A stretch of DNA of 64,000 bases from Candidatus Heimdallarchaeum endolithica (GCA_021513715.1 CP084167.1:896001-960000); one strand, 5' to 3'; counted from the first letter of the stretch, positions 30,047-41,067 are shown. The notes: a model not told the origin generated them from the sequence alone. Program-made: numbers and translations.

Positions 30047-31117
30047 TTAGATAATTTTTTCTATCCAACCATATTTATCTGGTTTTTCTCCTGTTTGTAT
30101 TCCTATTAACTCGTCATAAAGGTGTTGAGTGATTTTACCTATCTCAAAGTTGTTTATTTGATAAGTTTTACCTTTGTAGAACAATTCACCTACAGGAGAG
30201 ATCGAAGCCGCTGTCCCCATACCAAAAGCTTCAGTACATTCTCCATTTTCTATTTGTTCTAGAAGTTTCCTTAACTCTATTTTTGTTTCTTTAATTTTGT
30301 ATCCAAGATCTTTAGCTAGTTGTATTACTGATTTTCTTGTTATTCCATGTAAAATAGTTCCATCAAGTTCAGGAGTAAGAATTTCTTCGTTTACAACAAA
30401 GGCAATATTATTTGTTCCTACCTCTTCTACATACTTTCTTTCAATAGAATCGAGCCATAATACTTGGCTATAACCTTGTTTCTTGGCTATCTCTGTCTCA
30501 GATAGTGTTCCAGCATAATTTCCTCCTGTTTTTGCTTCTCCTGTTCCTCCTGGAGCTGCACGAATGTGTTGGCTAGCAACATAAATTTTCGTTGGATTAA
30601 ATCCTGCCTTAAAGTATGGACCAACTGGAGATAGAATAATGTAGAAATAAAATTCGGCACTACTATGTAATCCTATTGCTGGCTCTGTTGCGATCATAGT
30701 AGGACGGATATAAAGCGACGTTCCTTTTTCTTTTGGAACCCACTCCTTGTCTAATATTATTAATTCCTTAATTGCTTTAACGAATAATTCTTCATCAACA
30801 GTAGGCATACACATTCTTTCAGCAGAACGATTGAACCTTTTAGCGTTCTCATATGGACGAAAGAGGTTTATACTTCCATTTTGAGAATAGAACGCTTTCA
30901 TTCCTTCAAAAATTTCCTGACCATAATGAAATACTGCACATGCAGGATCAAGAGTAAACGGTTGATAAGGTATAATTTGAGGTTGACCCCATTCTCCATC
31001 TTGATATTTCATTAAAAACATGTGGTCAGTGAAAAATCTACCAAAAGGTAAATGATGCATATCTTTTGGCTTTTCTTTTAATTGTTCTGGGGTGCATTTA
31101 TTGATGATTATATCCAT
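30047..31117 (-). CDS. ilvE: branched-chain amino acid aminotransferase
   Basis: HYGQEIFEGMKA, LYIRP, AKTGGNY, EEVGTNN, ILHGITR, GTAA. Confidence 0.95.
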   Translation of the reverse strand: MDIIINKCTPEQLKEKPKDMHHLPFGRFFTDHMFLMKYQDGEWGQPQIIPYQPFTLDPACAVFHYGQEIFEGMKAFYSQNGSINLFRPYENAKRFNRSAERMCMPTVDEELFVKAIKELIILDKEWVPKEKGTSLYIRPTMIATEPAIGLHSSAEFYFYIILSPVGPYFKAGFNPTKIYVASQHIRAAPGGTGEAKTGGNYAGTLSETEIAKKQGYSQVLWLDSIERKYVEEVGTNNIAFVVNEEILTPELDGTILHGITRKSVIQLAKDLGYKIKETKIELRKLLEQIENGECTEAFGMGTAASISPVGELFYKGKTYQINNFEIGKITQHLYDELIGIQTGEKPDKYGWIEKII

Positions 31118-31224
31118 TGTGAGCCACAATAGAAGTAATTACTTAAAAGTCTTTATGTTAGAAAAAGAATTTAATATAAACAATTAAAGGTTTAACAAAC
31201 AAAAAATAGAGAAAAAATAAAAAA

Positions 31225-32952
31225 TTAGGAAATTGAAGATTCCCTAACTATGCATATAATAGGAGAATTAATTATAGAATATTCTTCTAGCGAAGAATTT
31301 TGGACATTTGCAAAAACAAAAGATAAACTTGTTCCAACAGAGAACGAGGAATTAACTTTTCCAACTATTGAGAAGATACCTGTAGAATTTATTACTACTC
31401 TTGAATAGTTTTCTTCAGTCTGGGTAATCGAAATCTGTGAATTTAGTTCAGTTGAATTTACAGAATAAATGTAGCTGAATGAATCGAAATAGCCATTATT
31501 GTTTGAGTCATATATCAGACTATTAAAGATGATAATGTTAATATCAAATTCTTCAGGAATATTTGTATAGGAGGAGCTTATGTTCATTACACAAGAAAAA
31601 GTACCATTAGTGAAAATATCCATTTGTTCAACAGTAATGGTCGAATTAGCTTCCCAATGGGGATAGAATATTTTTCCCCCATCAAATAAATTGTTGCTAC
31701 TGATTGATGAAAGAAAGGAAATAAGTGGAAAAGGAATACAAATTAGTAATATAAGTAGAGATGTAAAAAAAACTTTTTTAGCAGATGGAGAGAGTTTAAA
31801 ACTTTTTTTGGTTATTTGTTCAGTAATTTTTTTGATCAGTAGAAAACTTTTTGCCTTTTTATTTTTCCAATATTTAAGTACTTCAAATAGAATAAGAGGA
31901 AGATAGAATAAAAGAAATATGACAAAAAGAGCTTTTTCAAGAGTGAAAGGAATATAATCTGTTGAAGGTATTGAAATACCAAAAAGTATGATTGTAGTTT
32001 TAACTGCTACCTGAGAAACGTGATGATTCCAAAAAGATACAGAATACAGGAATAAAACAACAAAAACAATTGGTGAAAGAACTAGCTTTACTAATGATAA
32101 TTTAGTTGAAACAGTTTTTTCTAAATCGTTTTTTGTTTTATTCTCTATCGCAGGTTTTTTTGAGATCTTTTCTAGAAGGAAGTTTAGAAAACTATAGATT
32201 ACAATATTAACAAAGATAAAAAGAACATACCATAAAATAGCAAATCTGGAGAAAAATAGGCTAAAAGTTCTACTTAAAGCTACAAAAAACACACCTATAA
32301 AACTGATAGCAACAGAAGATAAAACTGGAAGATTTGACATTCTATCAATTACATAACTGATGTTTTGATTCTCACTATTTCTATTTAATTGTTCTTCAGG
32401 AGAAAATAGAAGAATTAATCCTTCAAAAAGTAAAACTAAAGGAAGTAAAAAAGAACTGAGAATAAATAGAGGATTAAATGTTAAACTAAAATAAAAGGAA
32501 GAGTTTTCGATCATTTTGATTAACCAAAAAGCTGTCATTGCTATTTTGTAGTTATATATTAGAAACAAATAATCAGTCAATTTAGAAAAAGCAAACATAA
32601 TCAAGAAAATACCTGTCTTTCTTTTATTTATAAAAACAAGATAATTTATTGCCAACACAACAAATATAGTAAATAAAGCTAAAAGAATGAAAGAAAACAT
32701 AGATTCATTTGTGCTCTTAATAGTAGCTAAAGAATATTGAATCGTTGCTTTATCTTCTCTTAATTGAGTTGAAGAAATATAAACTCTTCCAAAAACAAAG
32801 GAAGTTAGATTGGCCGTAAAAAGGTTCAAAAACGACAATACTAAGGATATTAAATTTAAAATTAAGACTGTTAGTAATACAATTTTTTTTCTCATTTTCT
32901 TCACTTGGTCAACATCTATCCCTAAAATAGCAACCTTTATTAATATTTCCAA
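31225..32952 (-). CDS. multi-pass membrane protein with C-terminal extracellular domain
   Basis: Many TM segments followed by an S/N-rich beta domain with N-x-S/T sequons. Confidence 0.65.
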   Translation of the reverse strand: MEILIKVAILGIDVDQVKKMRKKIVLLTVLILNLISLVLSFLNLFTANLTSFVFGRVYISSTQLREDKATIQYSLATIKSTNESMFSFILLALFTIFVVLAINYLVFINKRKTGIFLIMFAFSKLTDYLFLIYNYKIAMTAFWLIKMIENSSFYFSLTFNPLFILSSFLLPLVLLFEGLILLFSPEEQLNRNSENQNISYVIDRMSNLPVLSSVAISFIGVFFVALSRTFSLFFSRFAILWYVLFIFVNIVIYSFLNFLLEKISKKPAIENKTKNDLEKTVSTKLSLVKLVLSPIVFVVLFLYSVSFWNHHVSQVAVKTTIILFGISIPSTDYIPFTLEKALFVIFLLFYLPLILFEVLKYWKNKKAKSFLLIKKITEQITKKSFKLSPSAKKVFFTSLLILLICIPFPLISFLSSISSNNLFDGGKIFYPHWEANSTITVEQMDIFTNGTFSCVMNISSSYTNIPEEFDINIIIFNSLIYDSNNNGYFDSFSYIYSVNSTELNSQISITQTEENYSRVVINSTGIFSIVGKVNSSFSVGTSLSFVFANVQNSSLEEYSIINSPIICIVRESSIS

Positions 32953-32974
32953 TTATTTTTCCTTACAATGTTTA

Positions 32975-33097
32975 TTCATATCTATCTGCGAGAACATACT
33001 CATTGACTATAGTATCCCTGGTCAAGAAAGAATATAGTATCTAAGTTATAGATTACTAGCTCTGGAAAGACTACATACAGTACGCAGAAGATATGAA
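32975..33097. repeat. imperfect inverted repeat pair, possible decayed MITE or structured RNA
   Basis: TTCATATCTATCTGCG ... CGCAGAAGATATGAA (15 bp paired, one bulge). Confidence 0.4.
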
Positions 33098-33246
33098 ATC
33101 TGTTTTTATTAAGTTTGTTTGTTATCAAACAAGAATATTAACACAACTGAACAGATCTTTTATTTTCTGCGGAAGTTATGTTTGTCTTTTCTTTGAACAA
33201 TTCCCCACAATACCATCTTTGCTTTAGGGACTGATATTCACCCTCG

Positions 33247-34353
33247 GTGAAAAAAATGATAAAAATAGAAAATATAGAAAAAACTTACTTTAGTAAAAAA
33301 ATAGAATTCACTCTATTCGTAAGAAATGTAAAGAAAAAAGGAAAAGAAATCGAAAAGTCTAAACCTACTGCTTCCAGTATTAGTGAAACAAAAGTCCAAT
33401 ACAACCCTCTATTTAAGACTGAAAAAAAGAAAACCTATGCTCTTCGAGGAATTAACCTAAAGATTAGAGAAGGAGAGATATTTGGTTTACTAGGTCCTAA
33501 TGGCGCTGGAAAGACTACACTAACAAAAATAATATCTACACTCATTATCCCTGACAAAGGAAATATCTTTGTCAATGGATATAATGTAGTTAGTAAAGTC
33601 AAACAAGCACGTGCTTCAATAGGTTTAGTAACAGGAGGAGAACGTTCTCTCTATTGGAAACTTACACCTCTTGAAAATTTATCTTTCTTTGGTAGGATGT
33701 ATTACCTATCAAAAAAAGAAAGTCTAGAAAGAGCTAAAGAATTGATTGAAATCTTTGGGTTAGAGGAAAAGAAAAATGATCTTGTTCAAAACTTAAGTAC
33801 AGGACAGAAGATGAAAGTAGCTTTTGCCCGTGCTTTGATGCACGACCCTCCAGTTTTGCTACTGGATGAATACAATAGAGGACTAGACCCCCAAGCTTCA
33901 AAAAACCTTAGAGATTTCATAAAAAAAGTTCTACAGAAAGAACAAAACAAGACAATATTACTTTGTACTCATGATATGACAGTTGCAGATAATTTGTCTG
34001 ATAGAGTTGGACTAATTTTTCAAGGAAAAATTGTAACTTTAGACACACCTGAAAAATTGAAGAGCTCACTAAAATTCAGAACGAAATTAACCTTTGTTAC
34101 AGATAAACCAATCGCTCCTCTAGTTGAGAAATATGAAGGAGTAAGTATTCTTACAACAAAAAACGTTGAGAGAGAATACACAACAATTCTCACTCTAAAA
34201 AACGGCTTATCCAGTATTGAAATAATGGACAATATAAGAGAAAAAGACTGCTTCATTAAAAACTTCGAAGTTAACCATGCTAGTCTAGAAGATGTGTTTC
34301 TTTCTTATACAGGAAGGAAACTAGAAGAAATAGAAAACGGAGAGGAGGACTGA
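33247..34353 (+). CDS. ABC-2 exporter ATP-binding protein
   Basis: GPNGAGKTT, LSTGQ, LLLDE, CTH, SLEDVF. Confidence 0.92.
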   Translation: MKKMIKIENIEKTYFSKKIEFTLFVRNVKKKGKEIEKSKPTASSISETKVQYNPLFKTEKKKTYALRGINLKIREGEIFGLLGPNGAGKTTLTKIISTLIIPDKGNIFVNGYNVVSKVKQARASIGLVTGGERSLYWKLTPLENLSFFGRMYYLSKKESLERAKELIEIFGLEEKKNDLVQNLSTGQKMKVAFARALMHDPPVLLLDEYNRGLDPQASKNLRDFIKKVLQKEQNKTILLCTHDMTVADNLSDRVGLIFQGKIVTLDTPEKLKSSLKFRTKLTFVTDKPIAPLVEKYEGVSILTTKNVEREYTTILTLKNGLSSIEIMDNIREKDCFIKNFEVNHASLEDVFLSYTGRKLEEIENGEED

Positions 34354-34357
34354 TAAA

Positions 34358-35263
34358 TTGGTTACTCAAACAATAGAACTAAAAAGAACAAAAACTGTAA
34401 TATTAAACGAAGAATTGCTGTTTAGAGCTAATAAAAAGTCTTTCAGAAACTCATCACGTGTAATTCTAGCTTATGCTTGGAAGAATCTGCAAAATGATCT
34501 TCGCTATTTAGGAAGTTGGATTTACTGGATGGTTGTACCGTTATTGTGGCTCATTCCTTACGCATTTCAAGGAAAAGCTCTTCTTGGAGATTCAGAATCA
34601 AGTTTCTTTCTTAAATACGGAGGAACAGGAGATTATTTCTCCTATGTGGCTTTAGGATTTATCCTCTTCAACATCGTCGACTCAGCTATTTGGGGTGCAG
34701 GAAATAGATTAAGATGGGAACAAAAGAGCGGGACTTTCGAATATATTTGGATCACACCAATTTCAAGGGTAGAATTGCTTCTAGGTTCAAGTTTTTCAGA
34801 ACTTGTTTGGATAGCATTTGTATGTACTGCGCAGTTTCTTATTCTTAACTTTGTACTATCTTGGACATTCACAATAATACAAATATTACTATCTTTAGTA
34901 GTAATAATAGTAACTCTAGCAGGTTTATTCAGCTTTAGTTTCATCTTTGCAAGCATAATATTAATTTTCAAAGAACCAGGAACTTTAAGTGAATTAACAG
35001 ATATATCGCTGAACATTCTTCTACCTGTAAGATACCCCTTACGTATTCTACCTCCGTTTTTGCGATGGATAGGATATATAATGCCTTTCGCTTACGGATT
35101 TTTCTCAATTAGAGCTTTCACTTTAGCCAGAGAATATAACCTTGGTTTCATATATTTAACAATACAGCTTATACTATCGGCTATTATGTGGATAGTTGGA
35201 TTGAAAATATTCAAACGAATAGAGCATCGAACAAGAAAAATAGGACAACTAGGAGCGTATTAA
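34358..35263 (+). CDS. ABC-2 permease
   Basis: EQKSGTFEYIWITPISR motif; about 6 TMs. Confidence 0.85.
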   Translation: MVTQTIELKRTKTVILNEELLFRANKKSFRNSSRVILAYAWKNLQNDLRYLGSWIYWMVVPLLWLIPYAFQGKALLGDSESSFFLKYGGTGDYFSYVALGFILFNIVDSAIWGAGNRLRWEQKSGTFEYIWITPISRVELLLGSSFSELVWIAFVCTAQFLILNFVLSWTFTIIQILLSLVVIIVTLAGLFSFSFIFASIILIFKEPGTLSELTDISLNILLPVRYPLRILPPFLRWIGYIMPFAYGFFSIRAFTLAREYNLGFIYLTIQLILSAIMWIVGLKIFKRIEHRTRKIGQLGAY

Positions 35264-35264
35264 G

Positions 35265-36122
35265 ATGAATGAGGAAAAATATAAAACTAAAGTAAATCAA
35301 TTAAAATGGGAACTAGTTGGCGCTTTAGCTATCTTTAAGAAATCTTGGCAAGTTCAAAAACGTTATCCTTTAGCCTTTTTCTTCTATGCTATTTCTCCTA
35401 TCCTCTGGTTATTACCACATCTAATATTTAGTTCTGCATTAGTAGGAGGAAGATACTCTGAAAATCTTTATTCTTTAATTGGATATGGAGACGTACTAGT
35501 ATATACTTCTCTAGGATTAGTCTTTATGGCCATCTTTTCTTCAACAATGTGGGGAACAACTTACAGTATTAGAAACGAAGAATTATCCGGAACGCTTGAA
35601 AACCTATACATATCACCCATTTCAAGATATAGCATTATTTTAGGTAATACTTTATTTTACTTAACACAAGCTATGATAGGATGCATAATACAACTTACTA
35701 TAATAGGAATATGGTACCGTGAAGCTTTTTCTTGGACTAACTTCTTACTTTCTTCAGTCTTTCTATTAATTGGCTTTCTACTAATTCAAGGAATATCTCT
35801 ACCATTAATTGCTTTTGTCTTCTGGCAGAAAGAAGGGTGGAAAATCATTCTACTTGGTGAATCCTTGATCTTGTTCATTACCCCTGTTACTTTTCCAATA
35901 GTTGTTCTTCCAACATTACTACAAAATATTGCAAAGTTTAATCCTTTAAATTACGCAATTGAAGGATTTAGGAATGCTTTTCTTTTTGGCAACTCAGGTA
36001 CTGTACAAATGTATTTACTCTTACTGTTACTTATTCTACCTTTTGCCACTACTATAGGAATAACTATTTTCCACTTTGCTGAAAAAAAGTTGAGAAAAAA
36101 AGCTCTGCTAGGTCAATATTAA
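35265..36122 (+). CDS. ABC-2 permease
   Basis: EELSGTLENLYISPISR, NPLNYAIEGFR. Confidence 0.87.
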   Translation: MNEEKYKTKVNQLKWELVGALAIFKKSWQVQKRYPLAFFFYAISPILWLLPHLIFSSALVGGRYSENLYSLIGYGDVLVYTSLGLVFMAIFSSTMWGTTYSIRNEELSGTLENLYISPISRYSIILGNTLFYLTQAMIGCIIQLTIIGIWYREAFSWTNFLLSSVFLLIGFLLIQGISLPLIAFVFWQKEGWKIILLGESLILFITPVTFPIVVLPTLLQNIAKFNPLNYAIEGFRNAFLFGNSGTVQMYLLLLLLILPFATTIGITIFHFAEKKLRKKALLGQY

Positions 36123-36185
36123 GAAAAAAAATAATTTTTTAATTTTTTTTTAGATTTTTTGTTTTAACGTGTTATTATTATTTAG

Positions 36186-36656
36186 TTACTCATCGTCGTC
36201 GAATTTTACACCATACTTCCATATTTTATCTAGAACTTTCTCTTCTTCTACTGTTAATTCAGAGATAAGATTTTTAAGCCCTTTTAGGATTGCTTCATGT
36301 CTTTGAACTTCTCCTAAAATATTGTTAAGTATAGCTTTTGTTTTTTGATCTGTAATTTTATCAATAATAGCTTTATTCTGATTGATAATATTCCATTCAA
36401 GTTCAATTACTGTATCTAATGTTTTGAGAACATTTTCTTTTGTTTCTTCTGGTATTGCTTGATTTAGTCCTTGGGCCCTATCCAACAATCCTTTGAGTAT
36501 TGATATATGCTTCTTTGCATCTAATCCTATTCCGTTCATTAATGATTCAATAAGTGTATTTCCTACAGCAAAATCATAATATGTAAGTAAATCTGCAATT
36601 TTCTCCTTTATCTCTATCATTTGCCTTAATTGCACAATAAATGATTCTTTCTCCAT
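36186..36656 (-). CDS. ferritin-like four-helix protein
   Basis: DAKKH and EVQRH (ExxH-like) in paired helices. Confidence 0.6.
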   Translation of the reverse strand: MEKESFIVQLRQMIEIKEKIADLLTYYDFAVGNTLIESLMNGIGLDAKKHISILKGLLDRAQGLNQAIPEETKENVLKTLDTVIELEWNIINQNKAIIDKITDQKTKAILNNILGEVQRHEAILKGLKNLISELTVEEEKVLDKIWKYGVKFDDDE

Positions 36657-36880
36657 TTTGCTTACCTTTATCGATTCTTAACAATATAATGTTTGAAGTG
36701 CAATTAAAAGTTTTCGCAGAATTTGCTTCTTAAACTTTAAAAAGACAGAATGCTGTTTATGACATAACACACAGAAGAAAAGCACAGAAAGCATATTTAG
36801 CTTATTAATTTCCATTTTTTTAACGTTTCAATATAAATTTTAAATATAGGCACAGATTCTTTAATTGCGGATGATTTTGA

Positions 36881-37798
36881 ATGAAGAAAGTTGTTTCTGT
36901 AAGTTTAGGTTCAAAAACAAGAGATTATAAGAGAGAATATGAACTTGGAGGAGAAAAAATTCAAGTTCAAAGAATAGGTACAGATGGTTCATTGAAAAAA
37001 TACAAAGAACTTCTCGAAAAATATGATGGAAAAATAGATGCTTTTGGTATCGGAGGATTTGATGCTTATCTTTGTAGAAAAAACAAGAAATACAAGATCA
37101 GAGATTTTTGGAAATTAGTAAAAAATGTCAAAAAAACGCCTTTTTTAGATGGGGGAGGAATAAAAAGTACATTAGAAAGTGAAATATTTCAGTTTGTAGA
37201 GAAAAAACTTCCTGAGGAAGTTGATGAAGATCGTTTTACTTTAGTTATGAGTGCTGTTGACCGCTGGGGGCAGGCTGAATCTGCTTGGAAATTCGTAAAC
37301 AAAAATAAAAAACTCATTACTTTTGGTGATCTTATCTGGGGATTAAAATTAGGAATTCCTTTACACTCACTAAAGACAGTAAATGCACTGGCAATATTTC
37401 TTACACCGATTGTAGTCAGACTACCATTCAGCATGCTCTATCCAACAGGGGATAAACAAACAGAGTTTAAGCCTTACAAAATCAAATATTTCAAGAAAGC
37501 TAAATTCATTGCAGGAGATTTCCATTTTATCAACAGAAACATGCCTAAGGAAGGAATGGAAGGAAAAATAATCATTACTAATACAACAACAGAAGAGAAT
37601 GTAGAACGACTAAAAGAATTAGGAGTAAAATACATCATCACTTCAACACCAAGAATAGAAGGGAGATCATTTGGAACAAATGTTCTTGAAGCGTGTATTG
37701 TTGCAATAAGCGAAAAGAATAGAGAACTAACAATGGAAGAGTATAGAGAATATCTGAAGAAGTTTAATATTGAACCCGTTATAGAGAAACTAAACTAA
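36881..37798 (+). CDS. conserved protein of the family often labelled 'quinate 5-dehydrogenase' (function unverified)
   Basis: MKKVVSVSLGS..RD, RIGTDG, DGKIDAFGIGG, YPTGDKQ, AGDFH, GRSFGTNVLEA. Confidence 0.7.
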   Translation: MKKVVSVSLGSKTRDYKREYELGGEKIQVQRIGTDGSLKKYKELLEKYDGKIDAFGIGGFDAYLCRKNKKYKIRDFWKLVKNVKKTPFLDGGGIKSTLESEIFQFVEKKLPEEVDEDRFTLVMSAVDRWGQAESAWKFVNKNKKLITFGDLIWGLKLGIPLHSLKTVNALAIFLTPIVVRLPFSMLYPTGDKQTEFKPYKIKYFKKAKFIAGDFHFINRNMPKEGMEGKIIITNTTTEENVERLKELGVKYIITSTPRIEGRSFGTNVLEACIVAISEKNRELTMEEYREYLKKFNIEPVIEKLN

Positions 37799-37837
37799 CT
37801 CTCTTTTTTTCTAATTTTTTGTTTTTTTTGAGATTGA

Positions 37838-37947
37838 TAGTACTTCCGCAATAAGTTGACCGATTTCTATAGGTTAAAATTATAGGCGTTCATACTATCA
37901 TTGAGGTGTTCTCAATTCATACTTTATGAGATAATTCGGAAGTACTA
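37838..37947. mobile_element. 110-bp MITE
   Basis: Perfect 11-bp TIR TAGTACTTCCG / CGGAAGTACTA; flanking direct repeat GATTGA (37832-37837, 37948-37953). Confidence 0.8.
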
Positions 37948-37990
37948 GATTGAAGTGAAATATTTTTAAATTCACGCTAAAGAATAAATT

Positions 37991-38539
37991 ATGACCTCAG
38001 AATTTGTTACAAATTCTTTCTTTGGACTAGTTTTTGTTTTACCAGTATTCATGTGTAACGCTTTTGCAGGTTTTATGGGGGCTCTTTTCAAGAAATTAGG
38101 TAAAATTTATCCAATGGATGGAGGAAGAAAATGGAAAGATGGAAATCCTCTTTTAGGAGATCATAAGACTTGGCCGGGTTTTATAGGAGGATTAATCGCA
38201 GGTACGATAACTGGGATAATATTGTGGCATTACAATAACCTAAACTCTTTCTTTTTATGCAGTTATCCCTGGTATATAGGAATTCTGATGGGTGTAGGCG
38301 ATCATTTTGCTGATTTGATGGGTTCTTTCATAAAAAGAAGAATGGGAAAAAAAAGTGGTGCTTCACTTCCTCTATATGACCAAGGTTCATGGATGGTTAC
38401 AGGAGCACTTATAGCTTTACCTTTTTGTAAACCTATAGTATGGATTTACTACATCGTACCTATAGTTCTTACTCCATTGATTCACGTGATCGCTGGTTTT
38501 ATTGCTCTCTGGACAGGAATAAAAGATGTATGGTACTAA
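37991..38539 (+). CDS. carS: CDP-archaeol synthase
   Basis: PMDGGRKWKDG..LLGDHKTWPG, DLMGSFIKRRMG, PLYDQ, GIKDVWY. Confidence 0.9.
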   Translation: MTSEFVTNSFFGLVFVLPVFMCNAFAGFMGALFKKLGKIYPMDGGRKWKDGNPLLGDHKTWPGFIGGLIAGTITGIILWHYNNLNSFFLCSYPWYIGILMGVGDHFADLMGSFIKRRMGKKSGASLPLYDQGSWMVTGALIALPFCKPIVWIYYIVPIVLTPLIHVIAGFIALWTGIKDVWY

Positions 38540-38621
38540 TTAGTAGAAACGAGTAAAACTGTTTTTGCTTTTATTTTATAGTTTCAAGTAATAATTTAAA
38601 AACTAGATAATTCATTAGAAC

Positions 38622-39425
38622 GTGAAAAAAATGAAATTTGATATTATTATTCTTGCTGGAAAATCAGATATGGATGAACCATTATTGAACTATTTTTCCG
38701 AGAAATATAATAAAAAATACGAGTCTAAAGTTTTAATAGAACATAATGGTGTTTCTTTTCTTAGACGCATATGTGATGTTTTACACGAGAGTCCATCAAT
38801 AGGCGATATTTACATTGCAGGATTAACAGAGAACGATATCGAACTACCTTATCCAGTTCACTTTTTAGATGTAGGTAAAGAAACTAGTACAATTGATAAG
38901 ATAGAATATTGGATTAATAATCATTTATCTAAAAAGGATCCTGTTCCAACTTTAGCCTTAATTATGAGTGGAGATATCCCAGCAGTAAAAACTGAACATA
39001 TTGAAGATTTCATAAACAAAATAAAAGATAAAGAATGTGACTTCCACTATGGAGTTGTAGAACAAACTGACATGGAAAGAGTTTTTCCTGGAAGTAATAG
39101 ATCTTATGCAAAACTAAAAGATGGTAACTTCTGCGGCTCTGATATATTTGGAATCAATCCCCAAACAATCCTAAAGTATTCTAAAACCTTTAGAGAACTA
39201 ACATCAAAGAGAAAAAGTTTCTTAAAACAAGCTTTCTTCGTCTCTCCTTTCAAATTCATCAAGATAGTTCTAAGACGTGCTACACTTCAAGAAGTAATCC
39301 ATATAGCAGAAAAAGCTTTAAAGATGAGTGTTGATATCCTAAGATTATCTTATCCAGAATTAGCAATGGATATAGATAAACCCTTCCAATATGAGATAGT
39401 AAAAAATTATTTGGAAAATGAATAG
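38622..39425 (+). CDS. MobA-like NTP-transferase (GT-A fold)
   Basis: IIILAG, SGDIP, YPELAMDIDKP. Confidence 0.8.
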   Translation: MKKMKFDIIILAGKSDMDEPLLNYFSEKYNKKYESKVLIEHNGVSFLRRICDVLHESPSIGDIYIAGLTENDIELPYPVHFLDVGKETSTIDKIEYWINNHLSKKDPVPTLALIMSGDIPAVKTEHIEDFINKIKDKECDFHYGVVEQTDMERVFPGSNRSYAKLKDGNFCGSDIFGINPQTILKYSKTFRELTSKRKSFLKQAFFVSPFKFIKIVLRRATLQEVIHIAEKALKMSVDILRLSYPELAMDIDKPFQYEIVKNYLENE

Positions 39426-39497
39426 CAAGTGTAAAAAGTAGAAAAAATTAAAATTTCAATTTCCAATTTTATACAAGAACTGGAAAGAAGATCAGAG

Positions 39498-40058
39498 ATG
39501 CCTAAAAGTAAATTTTTTCAAACGCTCTTAAAATATGATGAAGAAATATCTAGAAAAGTAGTTACCAGATTCAAACCCATACAAAAGGTACTAGGATTTA
39601 TCTCTCTTTCTGGAAATTCACAACCCTGGATTATTTTATCAACAGTTTTTTTTATTTTTAACGATTTTCTTACTCGTATTCAGAACCTTTCACAAGTAAT
39701 AGCAGTTCTTCTTTCTGCAAGTATAGTAGGAATAGTTAAAATGATTATAAAAAGAGAAAGACCCAATCATTTAATGGTTGAAGAATATATTGCAAAAGTA
39801 GACTACTACTCTTTTCCATCAGGACATAGCACACGAGCAATTGTTTTTTCTATAATAATAACTTACTATTACCCAGTTTTCGGCTGGATTTTCATCTTAT
39901 GGGGATTAATCATTGCTTTTACTCGAATCGCACTAGACCTCCACTATTTTTTTGATGTAATAACAGGAATCATTTTAGGAATATTTGGTGGAGTTTTAGG
40001 AATTTTTGTTTACCAAAAATTAGTAATAGTTTTGAGTGATTACTCTTTCTTCACCTAA
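39498..40058 (+). CDS. PAP2-family lipid phosphatase
   Basis: KMIIKRERP, SFPSGH, TRIALDLHYFFDV. Confidence 0.9.
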   Translation: MPKSKFFQTLLKYDEEISRKVVTRFKPIQKVLGFISLSGNSQPWIILSTVFFIFNDFLTRIQNLSQVIAVLLSASIVGIVKMIIKRERPNHLMVEEYIAKVDYYSFPSGHSTRAIVFSIIITYYYPVFGWIFILWGLIIAFTRIALDLHYFFDVITGIILGIFGGVLGIFVYQKLVIVLSDYSFFT

Positions 40059-40123
40059 CAAATTTCAGCAAATATAAGTAAACAATTAGAGACATTTATT
40101 AACTTAAAAGATAATTATTCCTC

Positions 40124-41053
40124 ATGCTAAAGAGAACAGAAGAATTTACGCTAGAAGATTTTAAAGACAAAGATTTGCTAGTTTATGACCCCTTTTACGA
40201 TAAAAGGATAAATATTCCCATTAGAAGAGGAGGAACAACTTATAATGTTAGTTTAATAGATATGAATGAAAAACCTCTTCATCCTGACTGGACTGTTATA
40301 TGTGTTCACGGTTGGGGTTCAAATGCACTAAATTATCGTTTTGTTTTAAAGTACCTTTCTCCTTACTACAGAGTAATAGCTTATGATCTTAAAGGTCACG
40401 GAGAATCAGATAAAGATGAAGATACTTATGATTTAGGGTTGTTTACTGAAGAGTTGGCTCAAATTATTAATCATTTTAACCCTAACAATTTAGTCTTAAT
40501 TGGACATAGTATGGGGACAGCAATAGTTATGAATTATGTCTATTTAAATCCAAGAAAAATAAAAGCAATAGCACTTGTTTCTTCTTCTGCTGATTTTGAA
40601 AAACCTTTACCTCGTATTGTTCCTCTAGTTTTTTCTAAAGTAGATGAAAGGCTCAAGAATGCTTTAATTCACACGGGAATGGCTCTATGCGTGACCAAAG
40701 ATTGCCCTAAGATTTTATTAGATATTCTTCGAGAACAAAATAAAAGAACCCCCTACGAAGTTTACAGAAAAGCGCTTTTGAATACCATTTATCCGTGGAA
40801 AAAAGATGAAGACCTGAATAAAATAAAAGAGCCAACACTAATTATGGTTGGAGACAAAGACATCGTAACTCCTGTCTCAAATTCTGAAAAACTAAACAAA
40901 CTAATTCCTAACTCCAGACTTCTAATAATTCCTAATGCTGGACATTCCGTCCTAATTGAAAAAGGAAAACATGCCGCACTTCTATTGTTAGAGTTTGTAG
41001 AATTTATAAGAGAGCAAGAACAAGCAAAACAAAAAGAAGAAAGAAAGGAATGA
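40124..41053 (+). CDS. alpha/beta hydrolase
   Basis: HGWG, DLKGHGES, GHSMG, GDKD, AGH. Confidence 0.9.
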   Translation: MLKRTEEFTLEDFKDKDLLVYDPFYDKRINIPIRRGGTTYNVSLIDMNEKPLHPDWTVICVHGWGSNALNYRFVLKYLSPYYRVIAYDLKGHGESDKDEDTYDLGLFTEELAQIINHFNPNNLVLIGHSMGTAIVMNYVYLNPRKIKAIALVSSSADFEKPLPRIVPLVFSKVDERLKNALIHTGMALCVTKDCPKILLDILREQNKRTPYEVYRKALLNTIYPWKKDEDLNKIKEPTLIMVGDKDIVTPVSNSEKLNKLIPNSRLLIIPNAGHSVLIEKGKHAALLLLEFVEFIREQEQAKQKEERKE

Positions 41054-41067
41054 AAAAATAAAAGTTA

